The notes under the pieces were generated by a model, which made no database searches, had not been told where the DNA came from, and saw nothing but the letters and a program-made list of their open reading frames with translations. The translations under genes were made by a program, and so were the position numbers. A stretch of 40,352 bases of DNA from Acidimicrobiia bacterium (lineage in GTDB: Bacteria; Actinomycetota; Acidimicrobiia; IMCC26256; JAGPDB01), in NCBI GenBank assembly GCA_035329685.1, contig DAOLGI010000006.1:1570-41921 (forward strand), in the 5' to 3' direction. This document shows, in pieces, positions 18,330 to 27,059 of the stretch. Position 1 is the first letter of the stretch. Every line of letters begins with the position of its first letter.

Positions 18330-18677
18330 ATGAAAATAATATTTCTAAGTCTGTGTATTGGAATATTTCTTCTCACAGGTTGTGGTGAAACGAAGCCATC
18401 GAAAGCGGCCGTTAAGGAATCGACGAATCGTATTATCGTAAAGACTCTTGGCGTTACACCAACAGCAGAACAGAAGAAAGTAATTACCGAATACGTTGAT
18501 TGTTATGTAGATGATACATACGATGACATGTCGGCCAAGACGTTAAAGAAAATTGTTGACGCAAAAACAACCAACGAGTTGAGTGCAGTAGAAGGAACCC
18601 AAAATGAAAAAGATGCACTTGAATCGGCAACGTCGAAGTGTCAAAGTACGTTGAGCAAACTTACCACCGACTACTAA
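18330..18677 (+). CDS. Small lipoprotein, paralog 2
   Basis: Lipobox FLLTGC. The EYVDCYVDDTYDDMSAKTL and KCQSTL blocks are collinear with paralog 1. Confidence 0.7.
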   Translation: MKIIFLSLCIGIFLLTGCGETKPSKAAVKESTNRIIVKTLGVTPTAEQKKVITEYVDCYVDDTYDDMSAKTLKKIVDAKTTNELSAVEGTQNEKDALESATSKCQSTLSKLTTDY

Positions 18678-18698
18678 AGATTAAAAAGTAAGGAATTG

Positions 18699-18723
18699 AA
18701 AGAGCCCTTAGGGGCTCTTTTTT
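18699..18723 (+). terminator. Rho-independent terminator between convergent lipoprotein and serC genes
   Basis: aaagagccc-ttag-gggctcttt stem-loop followed by a T-run (18718-18723). Confidence 0.75.
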
Positions 18724-18736
18724 ATTCATAATATTG

Positions 18737-19855
18737 TTATGCGAGTGCAGTGATGACAAAATCTAAACTCTTGATGAGTTGTGAAATGTCGTCCGGGTCA
18801 ACAGATGGAAAAGTAGCAACGCGAATTTGGTTGCGCCCAAGTTTGCGATAGGGATCGCAATCGACAATTCCATTAGCACGCAATGTTGCAACAACATCTT
18901 CTGCGTCAATAGATTCTGCAATGTCAATGGTGGCTGTGACGAGCGATCGTTCTTCGGTATTAGTTACAAAGGGTGAAGTGAGTTCATGGTTTTCTGCCCA
19001 GGTGTAGAGCTGGGAGGACGAATCGGAGCAACGCTTGTGAGCAAAGTCCATTCCTCCATTTTCGAGGAGCCAATCTAGCTGTGAGTCAACAAGGAATAAT
19101 GTTGTGAGTGCTGGAGTGTTGAGTGTTTGATTCAAGCGAGAATTTTCTATCGTCGTTTTGAGATCAAGAATTGCGGGAGCATAACGATCAACAGATTCAA
19201 TGCGCGCAATCATCGCAGGTGAGCACAACGCAAAAACGATACCTCCGTCAGCACCAAAACATTTCTGTGGAGAAAAGTAGTACATGTCATACAGCAAAGG
19301 ATCAACGGCACACGATCCTGCACCCGAAGTGGCATCAATCATTACAACACTTTGCTCATCACCCACACGATAGGGAGAAACCATGACGCCTGTAGAAGTT
19401 TCATTATGCGTTAAGCAGTAGGTGTCTACACTCGAATCTGTCTTTAGATATGCTGCGATTCCTGGTTGAGCTTCGACAATCAACGGCTCATCGAGATGGG
19501 GTGCTTTCTTTGAAATAGCAGCAAAGCGAGAGGAGAATTCTCCATATACAGCATGAGCGCTCTTGTTTTTGATCACGCTAAAGCTCGCAGCATCCCACAT
19601 GAGAGATGCCCCACCATTAGTTAACAGAACTTCGTAATCGCTCGGCAAAGCAAAAAGTGTTGCCATTTTTTCTTGAATACCCGCCACGATTTTTTTAATA
19701 GGTTTTTGTCGGTGACTTGTTCCTAAGAGATGTGAATTTTTATTGAGATACTCAAGTTGCTCCGGTCGAACTTTAGAAGGACCTGAACCAAATCGTCCAT
19801 CTACGGGAAGTAGCTCGTTGGGAATAGTAATAGGTGTGTTTTGTGTTTCTGACAT
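18737..19855 (-). CDS. serC: Phosphoserine aminotransferase (actinobacterial type)
   Basis: The LPVDGRFGSGPSKVRPEQLEYL N-terminus is characteristic of the mycobacterial-type SerC. FSPQKCFGADGG contains the PLP lysine context. 372 aa. Confidence 0.85.
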   Translation of the reverse strand: MSETQNTPITIPNELLPVDGRFGSGPSKVRPEQLEYLNKNSHLLGTSHRQKPIKKIVAGIQEKMATLFALPSDYEVLLTNGGASLMWDAASFSVIKNKSAHAVYGEFSSRFAAISKKAPHLDEPLIVEAQPGIAAYLKTDSSVDTYCLTHNETSTGVMVSPYRVGDEQSVVMIDATSGAGSCAVDPLLYDMYYFSPQKCFGADGGIVFALCSPAMIARIESVDRYAPAILDLKTTIENSRLNQTLNTPALTTLFLVDSQLDWLLENGGMDFAHKRCSDSSSQLYTWAENHELTSPFVTNTEERSLVTATIDIAESIDAEDVVATLRANGIVDCDPYRKLGRNQIRVATFPSVDPDDISQLIKSLDFVITALA

Positions 19856-19891
19856 GTCACAAGGCTAGCGGCCGACAGGCGGCGAGTTGCA

Positions 19892-20932
19892 TTAGAACGA
19901 ATAGAGAGTGCGAAGTTTTTTGAGAACAAGTTCTGAGATCACGTTGCCACCTGCTCGAGTGAAATGGATTCCATCGGGAGCACGCAAAAGAGTAGGGGTG
20001 CCATTGATAGTGATGGCATCTGAATAACTGCCGTCGGGGTTGGTGAAGGACCGGGCAGTTTGCACATAGGTTGCTGTCGCCGGATGAGTATTGACAGCAG
20101 TTCGGGTGATCTCATTGATAACTCTATATCGATCGTTACGCACAGGATCTCGTACGGGTGGAATTTCAATCCATACCGTGTGGACTTTTTGGCTGGCGAG
20201 GAAATCAAGTGTTGACGATACTCGTCGTAAATATTCTGTTCGCCAGGCAGGAGATCCGAATGGTCCAATTGCGCCACCATCCCCGAAGAGAGATTGGTCA
20301 TCGTTTGCTCCAAAGGTAGCGATGACCAGCTTGGGTCGATTTTGTGTAACGAATTCATTGATGTGGGTAAACCAGTTAAAGACATCTGGGCGAGCTAAAC
20401 CTGTCGCAACTTGACCCTGTGTTCCTTGAATGTCGAAGGCCGAGGTCGAGAAAGACGCGAGCATAGATTCTGCAGGGGTAACCGAAAGTGAATCCCCAAT
20501 GATCCATACCGTTAACTTACTGGTAGGGGTAAGTGAAGGAAGGGTTGTTGAGGGTGGCGTGATGAAGGGAGATTTCGTTCCCGTGAAGGTGAAAGTATCG
20601 ACCTTGTCATCGCGCGGGAGGTCCATAGTTGTCCGGGCATGCTGACGAAGTGATGTGAGCCCGATTGTTCGTGACGCGAGATCGAAAGGACGCAGGACAG
20701 CCATGGCGGTTGTACGAGCAAATGAAGGATCCATAGTTGAAGCTCGGGTGTAGAGCGAGGAAGCGTTGAGCAAGGCACCAATCATCAAGGTGAGCATAAC
20801 GAAGAGAATTGCTTGACCTGCTGACATTACGTGATGGGGGTGATCGGCCTGTGCCACAAGTACGCGTTTGGTAGATCCTTTTTTCACATTATGTGAAGGG
20901 GTGTGGTTGATGTTTTCAAAAGGGACAGTCAT
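19892..20932 (-). CDS. Membrane-anchored SGNH/GDSL hydrolase (DUF459-like), probable acetyl-transfer partner of the MBOAT protein
   Basis: N-terminal TM. SGNH blocks IIGDSLS (I), FGANDDQ (III) and PDGIHFT (V). Confidence 0.75.
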   Translation of the reverse strand: MTVPFENINHTPSHNVKKGSTKRVLVAQADHPHHVMSAGQAILFVMLTLMIGALLNASSLYTRASTMDPSFARTTAMAVLRPFDLASRTIGLTSLRQHARTTMDLPRDDKVDTFTFTGTKSPFITPPSTTLPSLTPTSKLTVWIIGDSLSVTPAESMLASFSTSAFDIQGTQGQVATGLARPDVFNWFTHINEFVTQNRPKLVIATFGANDDQSLFGDGGAIGPFGSPAWRTEYLRRVSSTLDFLASQKVHTVWIEIPPVRDPVRNDRYRVINEITRTAVNTHPATATYVQTARSFTNPDGSYSDAITINGTPTLLRAPDGIHFTRAGGNVISELVLKKLRTLYSF

Positions 20933-20941
20933 GACATTTCC

Positions 20942-22408
20942 TTAAAAGAATCCATAAACAAAAGCCGACACTGTTCCTGAAAGAGCACTAAGAATCATGA
21001 GCCCGACTCCGAAGATTAGCGCTTGAGCAAAAATTGGTTTCGTGCTGATGGTAGTACTGATGCGCCCCGTGACAGAGGCGGGAATGCTTTGAATCATGAT
21101 CCCACACAAAATAAGAATAACGACAGATGCTGTGATGAAAGTTGGCGGTGTAGAGAAACCTGAAAATATTCTCTCTAGCATTATTCGAACATTGGACATC
21201 GATTCGGATGCGAAAATAATCCAGCCGAATGTGACAACATGAAACGTCAAAATTCGACGTACCCATGCAGGGACATCAATGTTGTGTCGCTCATTGAAAT
21301 TGCGCAACCCTCTTTCGACTAGCAGCATCATCCCCATATAAAAACCCCACACAACAAAAGTTGTGTTAGCTCCATGCCACAAACCGCCAATTGTCATTGT
21401 GGCGATCAGATTAAATGCGACGAACCGAGCTCCGAAAACACTTTTCTTGTTCCCGCCTAGTGGAATGTACACGTAGTCGCGGAGCCAACGAGATAATGTC
21501 ATATGCCATCTCTGCCAAAAATCACGCAATGATGTTGCTGTATAAGGTCGATTGAAGTTTTCTGGAAAGCGGAATCCCAAAAGGAGCGCAACACCTATTG
21601 CGATATCTGTATACCCCGAAAAATCGCAGTATAGCTGGGCTGCGTAGCCGTAAACAGCCATGATGGCATCGAGTGATCCCAGCTTTTGTGGGGCTCCAAA
21701 CGCAGGGCGCACCAGTTGCGTATAAAGCAAGTCAGCCACGATCATTTTCTTAAACAGTCCCCGTGCAATCAAAGTAGCTGCACGTGTTCCTTCGACTGCT
21801 CTCGCATTATGAGGGTTGCGCATTTGTGGAATGAATTCGCTTGCACGAACGATTGGACCCGCAACAAGATGAGGAAAAAATGAAAGGTAGACGGCAAAGT
21901 CGAGAAAAGAAACTTTTTCAATCGTGCCTCGGTAGCAATCGACAAGATAGCTAATGGCTTGAAAAGTGAAAAAAGAAATTGCAATTGGAATGATGAGTGA
22001 ACTTAAGCGAGGCAGCGCAATGGAATCGCTCAGGACTTCGTGAGCTTGTTCGATAATAAAATTACGATACTTAAAGTATCCAAGAATTCCTACGTTCACA
22101 GCTATCGCACATGCCAGAACGATTTGACGTGCACGTCCGGGTGCCTGCTTCATCATGAGATGCGTAAAGAAGTAATTGATAACGATCGAGCTTGCGAGAA
22201 CTACGCAGGGGAGAGGGAGTGAAATGGGTCCAAAGTGAAGTAGTGGTTGGTGATATCCAAGAAAGATATAACTTGCAATCAAGATCATGAGCTTCCATGG
22301 CAAACGATGAAGCCAATTTGTTTTATGGACGCCCATGGGTAGAAGAATCCACGACAGTGGAAATACGACAATGAAAAAGAGGATAAAGGGTGTTGTGGGA
22401 AACAGCAC
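20942..22408 (-). CDS. MBOAT-family membrane O-acyltransferase (AlgI/DltB/PatA-like)
   Basis: Polytopic 488 aa protein. Conserved FWQRWHMTLSRWLRDYVYIPLGG and GGLWHGA (catalytic His) motifs. Confidence 0.88.
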   Translation of the reverse strand: MLFPTTPFILFFIVVFPLSWILLPMGVHKTNWLHRLPWKLMILIASYIFLGYHQPLLHFGPISLPLPCVVLASSIVINYFFTHLMMKQAPGRARQIVLACAIAVNVGILGYFKYRNFIIEQAHEVLSDSIALPRLSSLIIPIAISFFTFQAISYLVDCYRGTIEKVSFLDFAVYLSFFPHLVAGPIVRASEFIPQMRNPHNARAVEGTRAATLIARGLFKKMIVADLLYTQLVRPAFGAPQKLGSLDAIMAVYGYAAQLYCDFSGYTDIAIGVALLLGFRFPENFNRPYTATSLRDFWQRWHMTLSRWLRDYVYIPLGGNKKSVFGARFVAFNLIATMTIGGLWHGANTTFVVWGFYMGMMLLVERGLRNFNERHNIDVPAWVRRILTFHVVTFGWIIFASESMSNVRIMLERIFSGFSTPPTFITASVVILILCGIMIQSIPASVTGRISTTISTKPIFAQALIFGVGLMILSALSGTVSAFVYGFF

Positions 22409-22494
22409 ATACTAATGATCTCACAAAATGATGCTTCACATCACTTTCACGTGTCACACACAAGAGCAGCAAATGTGGCTATTCTTTCTTTCTT

Positions 22495-24015
22495 ATGTCT
22501 AATAACGGATCACACCAAGATTTTGAACACTTTGATGATTGGGAGTCGTTCACCTTGGATGATGACATTTATGCCGGGACCGAGACCGATCTTCTTGAAG
22601 AGTGGGAAGATGATGGTGCAATTGCTCAGGTGCGTGAAGAATTTCCCATAAAGGTGGGGCGAATTCAGGACATCAATAGTTCTTCAGAAGCTATTGACAA
22701 TGTTGAACTTGACGATGAGTCTGCTGAGGTGTTTTCCTTGTTGGAGAGGGCGCAAGCCAAACATCAAAGTGGGTTACAGGAATTGTCGGGGCCGTCCATG
22801 GATGAATTGCATAAGATCGAAGAAGTGGGCATCGACGACTATATCGATATTGTCTTGGCAGAAGATTCTGAAGATGAAGTTAGTTCTGAGCAACAAACAA
22901 GTTCTCCTTCTTATTCTGGAGACGAGGGTAGTGATGGGTATGCCTTACGCACTCCTTCCCATGCTGAACGCAACGTACAGGAGCACGCAAGGCATACCCA
23001 AACACATACCACCGGCGCAAAGTTGAATTCTGACCTGAATGATTTCTTTGACACACCATCCCAACCTTTGAATGATTTTTTTGAAGATACTGACAACTTT
23101 GATTTTGTTGATCTTGTTAAAGAAGAAAAAGTCGATGTTCAACTTCTTGATCTTACTGAGGGGGAAGAAGGGGCGGCCGGGATTGATGAAGAAGTAAGTG
23201 GTGCCCATCGAAATGACGACGCAGTAATGTCTATTGGCGAGGATGAGGTCGAGTTGGTAGTGCAGCCTTTATTTGAAGGTCTTGCGTGTGCACTCCCTAC
23301 TTTGTTCGACGAAGAAGGAGATGTCGAATATAAAACAACTGCGCGTCTTGCGAAGCGCTTGTCGGAATCAAAAGTCAATGCAATATTTCTTGCCACCCGC
23401 GAAGGCGAGGGCGGTACACTTTCTCGCAAAGAGCGTAAGAATCTCGTACGTGATGTCGTTAAATCGACAGATGGAATAGTGATTGTTGATGTGACAGCTG
23501 CCAGCATCCGTCAAAGTGTTCAATATGCAGATGATTGCGCAGATGCAGGGGCCAAAGCCTTTGTTATGGCACTCGATTCATCTGTACGTGACCCCTACGC
23601 ACTGTGCGAAGCCCTCCATTCTCGTCATCGAGAGGCTGCGCTTTTTGTGCGACTCGAGGGCGAGTCTGTTGCCGTACCCATTGCGCCTGAATTTCTTTAT
23701 GATTTACCGATCAGCGGAGTTGTTGATGCAACCGGAGATGCAGCGTTCTTTCTTCACCTCATGTCTGTATATAGTGGACCGGTCTACGTGGGTTCAACAG
23801 CACTCATTGCATTGGGCAATATCATGGGAGCAGCAGGAGTCGTTCTTGCAAGTGTAACGATTAACGCCGAGTTAGTATCTCAAGCGTTTGCAGGGGATGC
23901 CCGTGCTCAAGCTGAGCTTGCGATGTGGGAACGAGAATGTGGTGGCGCGAATGCACGATCCATCAAAATTGCATTAGAAAGCGAATTTCTTATTTCATCA
24001 ACAATGCGTGACTAA
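22495..24015 (+). CDS. DapA/DHDPS-fold protein lacking catalytic residues, with a long acidic N-terminal extension
   Basis: Residues ~260-500 are collinear with dihydrodipicolinate synthase-family TIM barrels (..PTLFDEEGDV....L.....V.AIFL....GEGGTLS..ER..). The K of the GIK(D/E)..G motif is V (SGVVDATGD), and GTTGE reads TREGE. Residues 1-~255 are D/E-rich low complexity. Confidence 0.6.
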   Translation: MSNNGSHQDFEHFDDWESFTLDDDIYAGTETDLLEEWEDDGAIAQVREEFPIKVGRIQDINSSSEAIDNVELDDESAEVFSLLERAQAKHQSGLQELSGPSMDELHKIEEVGIDDYIDIVLAEDSEDEVSSEQQTSSPSYSGDEGSDGYALRTPSHAERNVQEHARHTQTHTTGAKLNSDLNDFFDTPSQPLNDFFEDTDNFDFVDLVKEEKVDVQLLDLTEGEEGAAGIDEEVSGAHRNDDAVMSIGEDEVELVVQPLFEGLACALPTLFDEEGDVEYKTTARLAKRLSESKVNAIFLATREGEGGTLSRKERKNLVRDVVKSTDGIVIVDVTAASIRQSVQYADDCADAGAKAFVMALDSSVRDPYALCEALHSRHREAALFVRLEGESVAVPIAPEFLYDLPISGVVDATGDAAFFLHLMSVYSGPVYVGSTALIALGNIMGAAGVVLASVTINAELVSQAFAGDARAQAELAMWERECGGANARSIKIALESEFLISSTMRD

Positions 24016-24023
24016 TAACCATG

Positions 24024-24130
24024 TCATCCTGTGCACACAACAGTCATTCTGAGTGAAACGAAGAATCTCCGCGCAGCGGATGTATGGGAATTGCGGGGGG
24101 AGATTCCTCGGCTAAAGCTTCGGAATGACT
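24024..24130. repeat. Hairpin-repeat locus C
   Basis: A partial unit gtcatcctgtg (24024), a forward unit gtcattctgagtgaaacgaagaatctc (24044-24070), a spacer ccgcgcagcgg.., and a reverse unit gagattcctcggctaaagcttcggaatgac (24101-24130). Confidence 0.85.
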
Positions 24131-24151
24131 CAAGAAAAAGAGAATACGAAA

Positions 24152-24238
24152 TTATCGGCGTCCGCAAAGCGGTTTCTTGCCGTGGTTTGCTTTTTTGCGC
24201 TTAGCGTTGAGCTTGCGCTTGTTCGTTTTCCTACTCAT
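24152..24238 (-). CDS. Candidate 50S ribosomal protein bL37 (28 aa micro-gene)
   Basis: The internal ATG of the track ORF gives MSRKTNKRKLNAKRKKANHGKKPLCGRR. The basic peptide with the KANHGK(K/R)P core resembles mycobacterial bL37 as I recall it. No clear SD is present. Confidence 0.5.
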   Translation of the reverse strand: MSRKTNKRKLNAKRKKANHGKKPLCGRR

Positions 24239-24332
24239 AAGGTCGCCCAGCTTAGCGTAAGACCAGGTAGCGCTGTCCAAGCGAAGGAATCGGACCCTTG
24301 TCCAGAGTACATAAATATGACAGAGTGATGGG

Positions 24333-24626
24333 ATGAAATCTTCAGGAGACGTACACGTCGGCATGACCTATATTCGAAGCGGCCCTATTGCGCAAGGGTA
24401 TCGTCAGCGCCGCAAAGGCCTTGCACGTATTAATCTTACCGACGCGCCTGCAGAACTCAGTTTTGAACGCTGTCGCTCCATTCACACATTTGGAATGAGG
24501 TTCGATCTGAGTGTGCTCTTCCTTGATCGAAACAATCGCGTGATTGCATCTCGTATTACGAAACCTCGTCGACTGGTTATTGCCCCTCGCGGCACATATA
24601 CGATTGTCGAACGTCCACTTCGATAA
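24333..24626 (+). CDS. DUF192-like small protein
   Basis: Core pattern ..RCRSIHTFGMRFDLSVLFLDRNNRVI....KP.....P.G...ivE resembles DUF192 (COG1430). Confidence 0.45.
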   Translation: MKSSGDVHVGMTYIRSGPIAQGYRQRRKGLARINLTDAPAELSFERCRSIHTFGMRFDLSVLFLDRNNRVIASRITKPRRLVIAPRGTYTIVERPLR

Positions 24627-24640
24627 GCTCGCACACAACT

Positions 24641-25492
24641 ATGGAACCTCTGACTCCCGGCCTCTATCTTGTCGCAACTCCTTTGGGAAATCTTGGAGAT
24701 ATGTCAGCGCGCGCCCATGATGTTTTGAGTCGCGTCGATGTGATCGCATGCGAAGATACGCGCGAAATGAAAAAGTTACTTTCGCTTATTGGCGTTGATC
24801 GGGGAGAACGAAATATTGTCTCCCTTCATGAACACAATGAGCGCGAGCGAAGCGGTGACATAATACAAACAATTCTTGGAGGTGCCTCCGTTGCCTATGC
24901 CAGCGATGCAGGTATGCCAGCGATTAGTGATCCCGGCGCATACCTTGTTGATGCCGCACACGAAGCATCTGTTATGGTGACGGCGGTTCCGGGTGCAACG
25001 GCAGTCGCAAGTGCAGTTGCTTTATCGGGTTTTACTTCTCAACAGTTTTCTTTCTTGGGATTTTTCCCTCGGGAGTCAAAAGAAAAGAAAGCATTGGTTG
25101 AGATAATTTCCACATCGCGTGCCACTGTCGTTTTTTATGAGTCTCCCAAACGACTGAGTGCGACTTTGCGGTATCTTGCTGATGAGTTACATACGCACCA
25201 GCGGGTTGTCGTTTGTCGTGAACTCACAAAAAAATTTGAAGAAGTCATACGAGGCTCATTGGCAGATATCGCGAATCATTTCTCGGGAGAGGTTAAGGGT
25301 GAATGTGTCGTAGTAATTGAAGCCAATGGTGATGAACCAGAAAGCCCAGATGAAACAGCGATTCGTGTGGCTCTGAGTACTTTGCGCCAAGGAGGGGTTT
25401 CAAGCCGAGATGCTGTGAATGCGTTGACTGGCCTTACGGAAATTCCGAAAAATCGTTTGAAGGAAATTTACGCCTCAATTCTTGATGACTAG
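24641..25492 (+). CDS. rsmI: 16S rRNA (cytidine1402-2'-O)-methyltransferase
   Basis: GLYLVATPLGNLGDMSARA..VL..VDVIACEDTR N-terminus of the tetrapyrrole-methylase-fold RsmI, plus the later AGMPAISDPG motif. Confidence 0.9.
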   Translation: MEPLTPGLYLVATPLGNLGDMSARAHDVLSRVDVIACEDTREMKKLLSLIGVDRGERNIVSLHEHNERERSGDIIQTILGGASVAYASDAGMPAISDPGAYLVDAAHEASVMVTAVPGATAVASAVALSGFTSQQFSFLGFFPRESKEKKALVEIISTSRATVVFYESPKRLSATLRYLADELHTHQRVVVCRELTKKFEEVIRGSLADIANHFSGEVKGECVVVIEANGDEPESPDETAIRVALSTLRQGGVSSRDAVNALTGLTEIPKNRLKEIYASILDD

Positions 25493-25530
25493 GCGACTCT
25501 TGCGCTCTCATGACGCTATTCTTATAAGCC

Positions 25531-27045
25531 ATGGCTAAGCCTTTTTACATCACAACGCCTATTTATTACGTCAATGATGCACCTCATATGGGCAGTGCCT
25601 ACACGACGATTTCTGCCGATGTTGCCGCCCGTTGGCATCGATTAATCGGTGATGATGTCATGTTTCTTACAGGCACCGATGAGCACGGGCTCAAACTCCA
25701 ACGTGCCGCGGAAGAAAAAGGGATGACCCCCCAAGAGCTTGCCGATTTTTATTCAGAGCGTTTTAAAGATCTTTGGCAAGAATTAAACATCAGTAATGAC
25801 GATTTTATTCGCACGACAGAAAAGCGCCATCGCAAAGCAGTGCGCACTTTATTGCAAAAGGTTTATGACGCTGGTTATATCGAACTGGGGACATATGAAG
25901 GACTGTACTGTGTTGCGTGCGAAGCGTATTACACGGAAGATGATCTTGTAGAGGGCAACTGTCCATTCCACGGGAAGCCCGTCGAACATGTTCGAGAGGA
26001 CAATTACTTTTTTAAGCTCAGCGCTTTTGAAGACAGGTTGAAAGAACATTACGCTCAGCACCCAGAAGCAATTCAACCTCAGTCTCGACGTAATGAAGTA
26101 TTAAGTTTTATTGATCAAGGTTTGCGAGATTTTTCAATTTCGCGTACATCAATTAACTGGGGAATTCCTCTTCCATGGGAAGAACAGCATGTGACGTATG
26201 TATGGTTCGATGCCTTAACCAATTACATCACTGCTATTGGATACCCCGACGATGAAGATAGATTCCAACAATATTGGCCCGGAATCCATTTTGTCGGTAA
26301 AGATATTGTTCGATTCCATGCAGTGTACTGGCCGGCAATGTTAATGGCCGCAGGAATTGACCCTCCCAAAACAGTTTTTGCTCACGGGTTTTTAACTGTC
26401 GGTGGCGAAAAAATGAGTAAAAGTAAAGCGAACCAGATTGTTCCCGGTGACCTTATTCCCACTTTTGGTGTGGACGGGTACCGCTATCACTTTGTTGCCG
26501 ACCAGCGTTTTGGTGGAGACGGCGATTTCAGTTACGAACAAATGGCTGCGCGCTATAACTCTGACCTAGCAAATAATTTTGGAAACCTTGCGAGTCGAGT
26601 TTTGAACATGGCCATAAAATACTGTGAGGGAGTGTCACCCGAGAGCCGACAAAATGGCCCTCTTCGTGATTTGATCAGCGAAACGTTCGATAAGACCAAT
26701 GCTTTGTTTGAGGATTTCAATTTCTCCGAGGCAACGGGACAAATTTGGAACCTTATTGGTTCAACGAATGCATACATTGAAACAATGGAACCCTTTAAGC
26801 TCGCCAAAACTGACATTGAAGCAGCAGCAGCCGTCTTAGGGGATTGTCTCGAAGCACTCCGTGCAGTTTGTCTTATGGCTTATCCGATTATGCCAGATAC
26901 AACGACCGAGTTGTGGAACAGGTTGGGATTGGCAGAGACTCCCATTGAATCAATGCGTTTGCCTGATGACATCAAATGGGGATCATATCCTGCGGGAAAG
27001 AAATTAGAAAAAGGCGAATCTCTTTTCCCCCGTCTTGAAGAATAA
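25531..27045 (+). CDS. metG: Methionine--tRNA ligase (short form)
   Basis: ITTPIYYVNDAPHMGSAYT (HIGH-region equivalent), KMSKS present, a Zn-knuckle CVACEAYY...CPFHG, and the WFDAL motif. Confidence 0.93.
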   Translation: MAKPFYITTPIYYVNDAPHMGSAYTTISADVAARWHRLIGDDVMFLTGTDEHGLKLQRAAEEKGMTPQELADFYSERFKDLWQELNISNDDFIRTTEKRHRKAVRTLLQKVYDAGYIELGTYEGLYCVACEAYYTEDDLVEGNCPFHGKPVEHVREDNYFFKLSAFEDRLKEHYAQHPEAIQPQSRRNEVLSFIDQGLRDFSISRTSINWGIPLPWEEQHVTYVWFDALTNYITAIGYPDDEDRFQQYWPGIHFVGKDIVRFHAVYWPAMLMAAGIDPPKTVFAHGFLTVGGEKMSKSKANQIVPGDLIPTFGVDGYRYHFVADQRFGGDGDFSYEQMAARYNSDLANNFGNLASRVLNMAIKYCEGVSPESRQNGPLRDLISETFDKTNALFEDFNFSEATGQIWNLIGSTNAYIETMEPFKLAKTDIEAAAAVLGDCLEALRAVCLMAYPIMPDTTTELWNRLGLAETPIESMRLPDDIKWGSYPAGKKLEKGESLFPRLEE

Positions 27046-27059
27046 GACCTGGCCTTATA

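Noticed and set aside
24125-24328. Plus-strand 67 aa ORF starting inside repeat locus C
   Set aside because: It starts in repeat sequence and is antisense to the bL37-like micro-ORF. It has no SD or motif.
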